Below are positions 31,930 through 32,000 of a stretch of DNA of 32,000 nt, one piece after another. The DNA is from an uncultured Actinomycetes bacterium (GTDB taxonomy: Bacteria > Actinomycetota > Thermoleophilia > UBA2241), in assembly GCA_963709345.1 (NCBI GenBank), contig CAVPVX010000007.1, forward strand, positions 220,881 through 252,880, read 5' to 3'. Numbering within the stretch: the stretch's first letter is position 1; each line of letters begins with the position of its first letter. The translations under genes were made by a program, and so were the position numbers. The notes under the pieces were generated by a model. That model searched no databases. It saw only the letters and a list, made by a program, of their open reading frames with translations, and had not been told where the DNA came from.

Positions 31930-32000
31930 CGGCCACCTCCTCACGGCACTCGCGCGCCTCGTCGGCCGCGTCCTGGGACCACCAGCGCAGGAAGCCCTTG
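31913..32000 (-). CDS. 3' end of an upstream gene (partial, runs off the window), probably the partner ATPase/activase subunit
   Basis: The in-frame reading ...KGFLRWWSQDAADEARECREEVAGVVAT* ends at TAG (31913-31915). GC3-rich. Function is inferred only from operon context. Confidence 0.4.
   Translation of the reverse strand, partial: KGFLRWWSQDAADEARECREEVAGVVAT

Noticed and set aside
1-32000. CRISPR arrays, tRNA/rRNA genes, insertion sequences, integrases, prophage or known defence-system genes.
   Set aside because: I saw no regularly spaced direct repeats, no tRNA-like T-arm motifs (GGTTCGAATCC-type), no rRNA segments, and no transposase, integrase or recombinase-like ORFs or terminal inverted repeats. 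The arsenic island and the lower-GC pilin patch have no visible mobility genes in this window.

Overview
High-GC, gene-dense bacterial chromosomal segment. GC3-rich codons, many GTG starts and several leaderless-looking starts suggest an Actinomycetota-type genome. I support about 33 protein-coding genes or pseudogenes and found no rRNA, tRNA, CRISPR array, transposase or integrase. Most long Arg/Pro/Ala-rich ORFs in the six-frame track are shadow frames of real genes.

Layout:
- 72-1910: family-5 ABC substrate-binding protein with a C-terminal TM anchor.
- 2165-5848: translationally coupled operon of a corrinoid (B12-binding) protein, an MtaA/URO-D-type methyltransferase, and a large DUF1638-like/GAF-like/PAS/GGDEF diguanylate cyclase. 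A truncated HD-GYP remnant converges on it.
- 6541-10210: hisG, a DUF429 protein, a frameshifted secreted glycosidase-like gene and a bacterial PH-domain membrane protein.
- 10379-16059: arsenic island with arsR, arsM, an ArsP-like permease, a metallophosphoesterase, acr3, a second arsR and two thioredoxin-fold genes. No arsC is present.
- 16190-19308: orphan type IV pilin and flavin reductase in a visibly less GC-rich patch, then a GH18 protein and a fasciclin lipoprotein.
- 19309-19891: 583-nt non-coding gap rich in hairpins.
- 19892-23164: two tandem paralogous membrane proteins and a Tat-lipoprotein DUF362.
- 23280-26142: two convergent paralogous nucleotidyltransferase-fold genes, one co-operonic with a DUF1858/hemerythrin-like gene.
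- 26286-29827: ABC-F ATPase, an Fe-S-less MutY-like glycosylase and a cupin.
- 29926-30481: unannotated tandem pair of small paralogous proteins (49 and 45 aa) with their own near-consensus promoter, RBSs and terminator.
- 30565-32000: acyl-CoA-dehydratase-activase-related genes.

Best candidates for something new are the corrinoid-methyltransferase/c-di-GMP fusion operon, the small-protein pair, and the sensor-plus-nucleotidyltransferase paralog locus.

Caveat: at least five conserved genes show single-nucleotide frameshifts, several at short homopolymers, so assembly indel errors must be excluded before calling pseudogenes.
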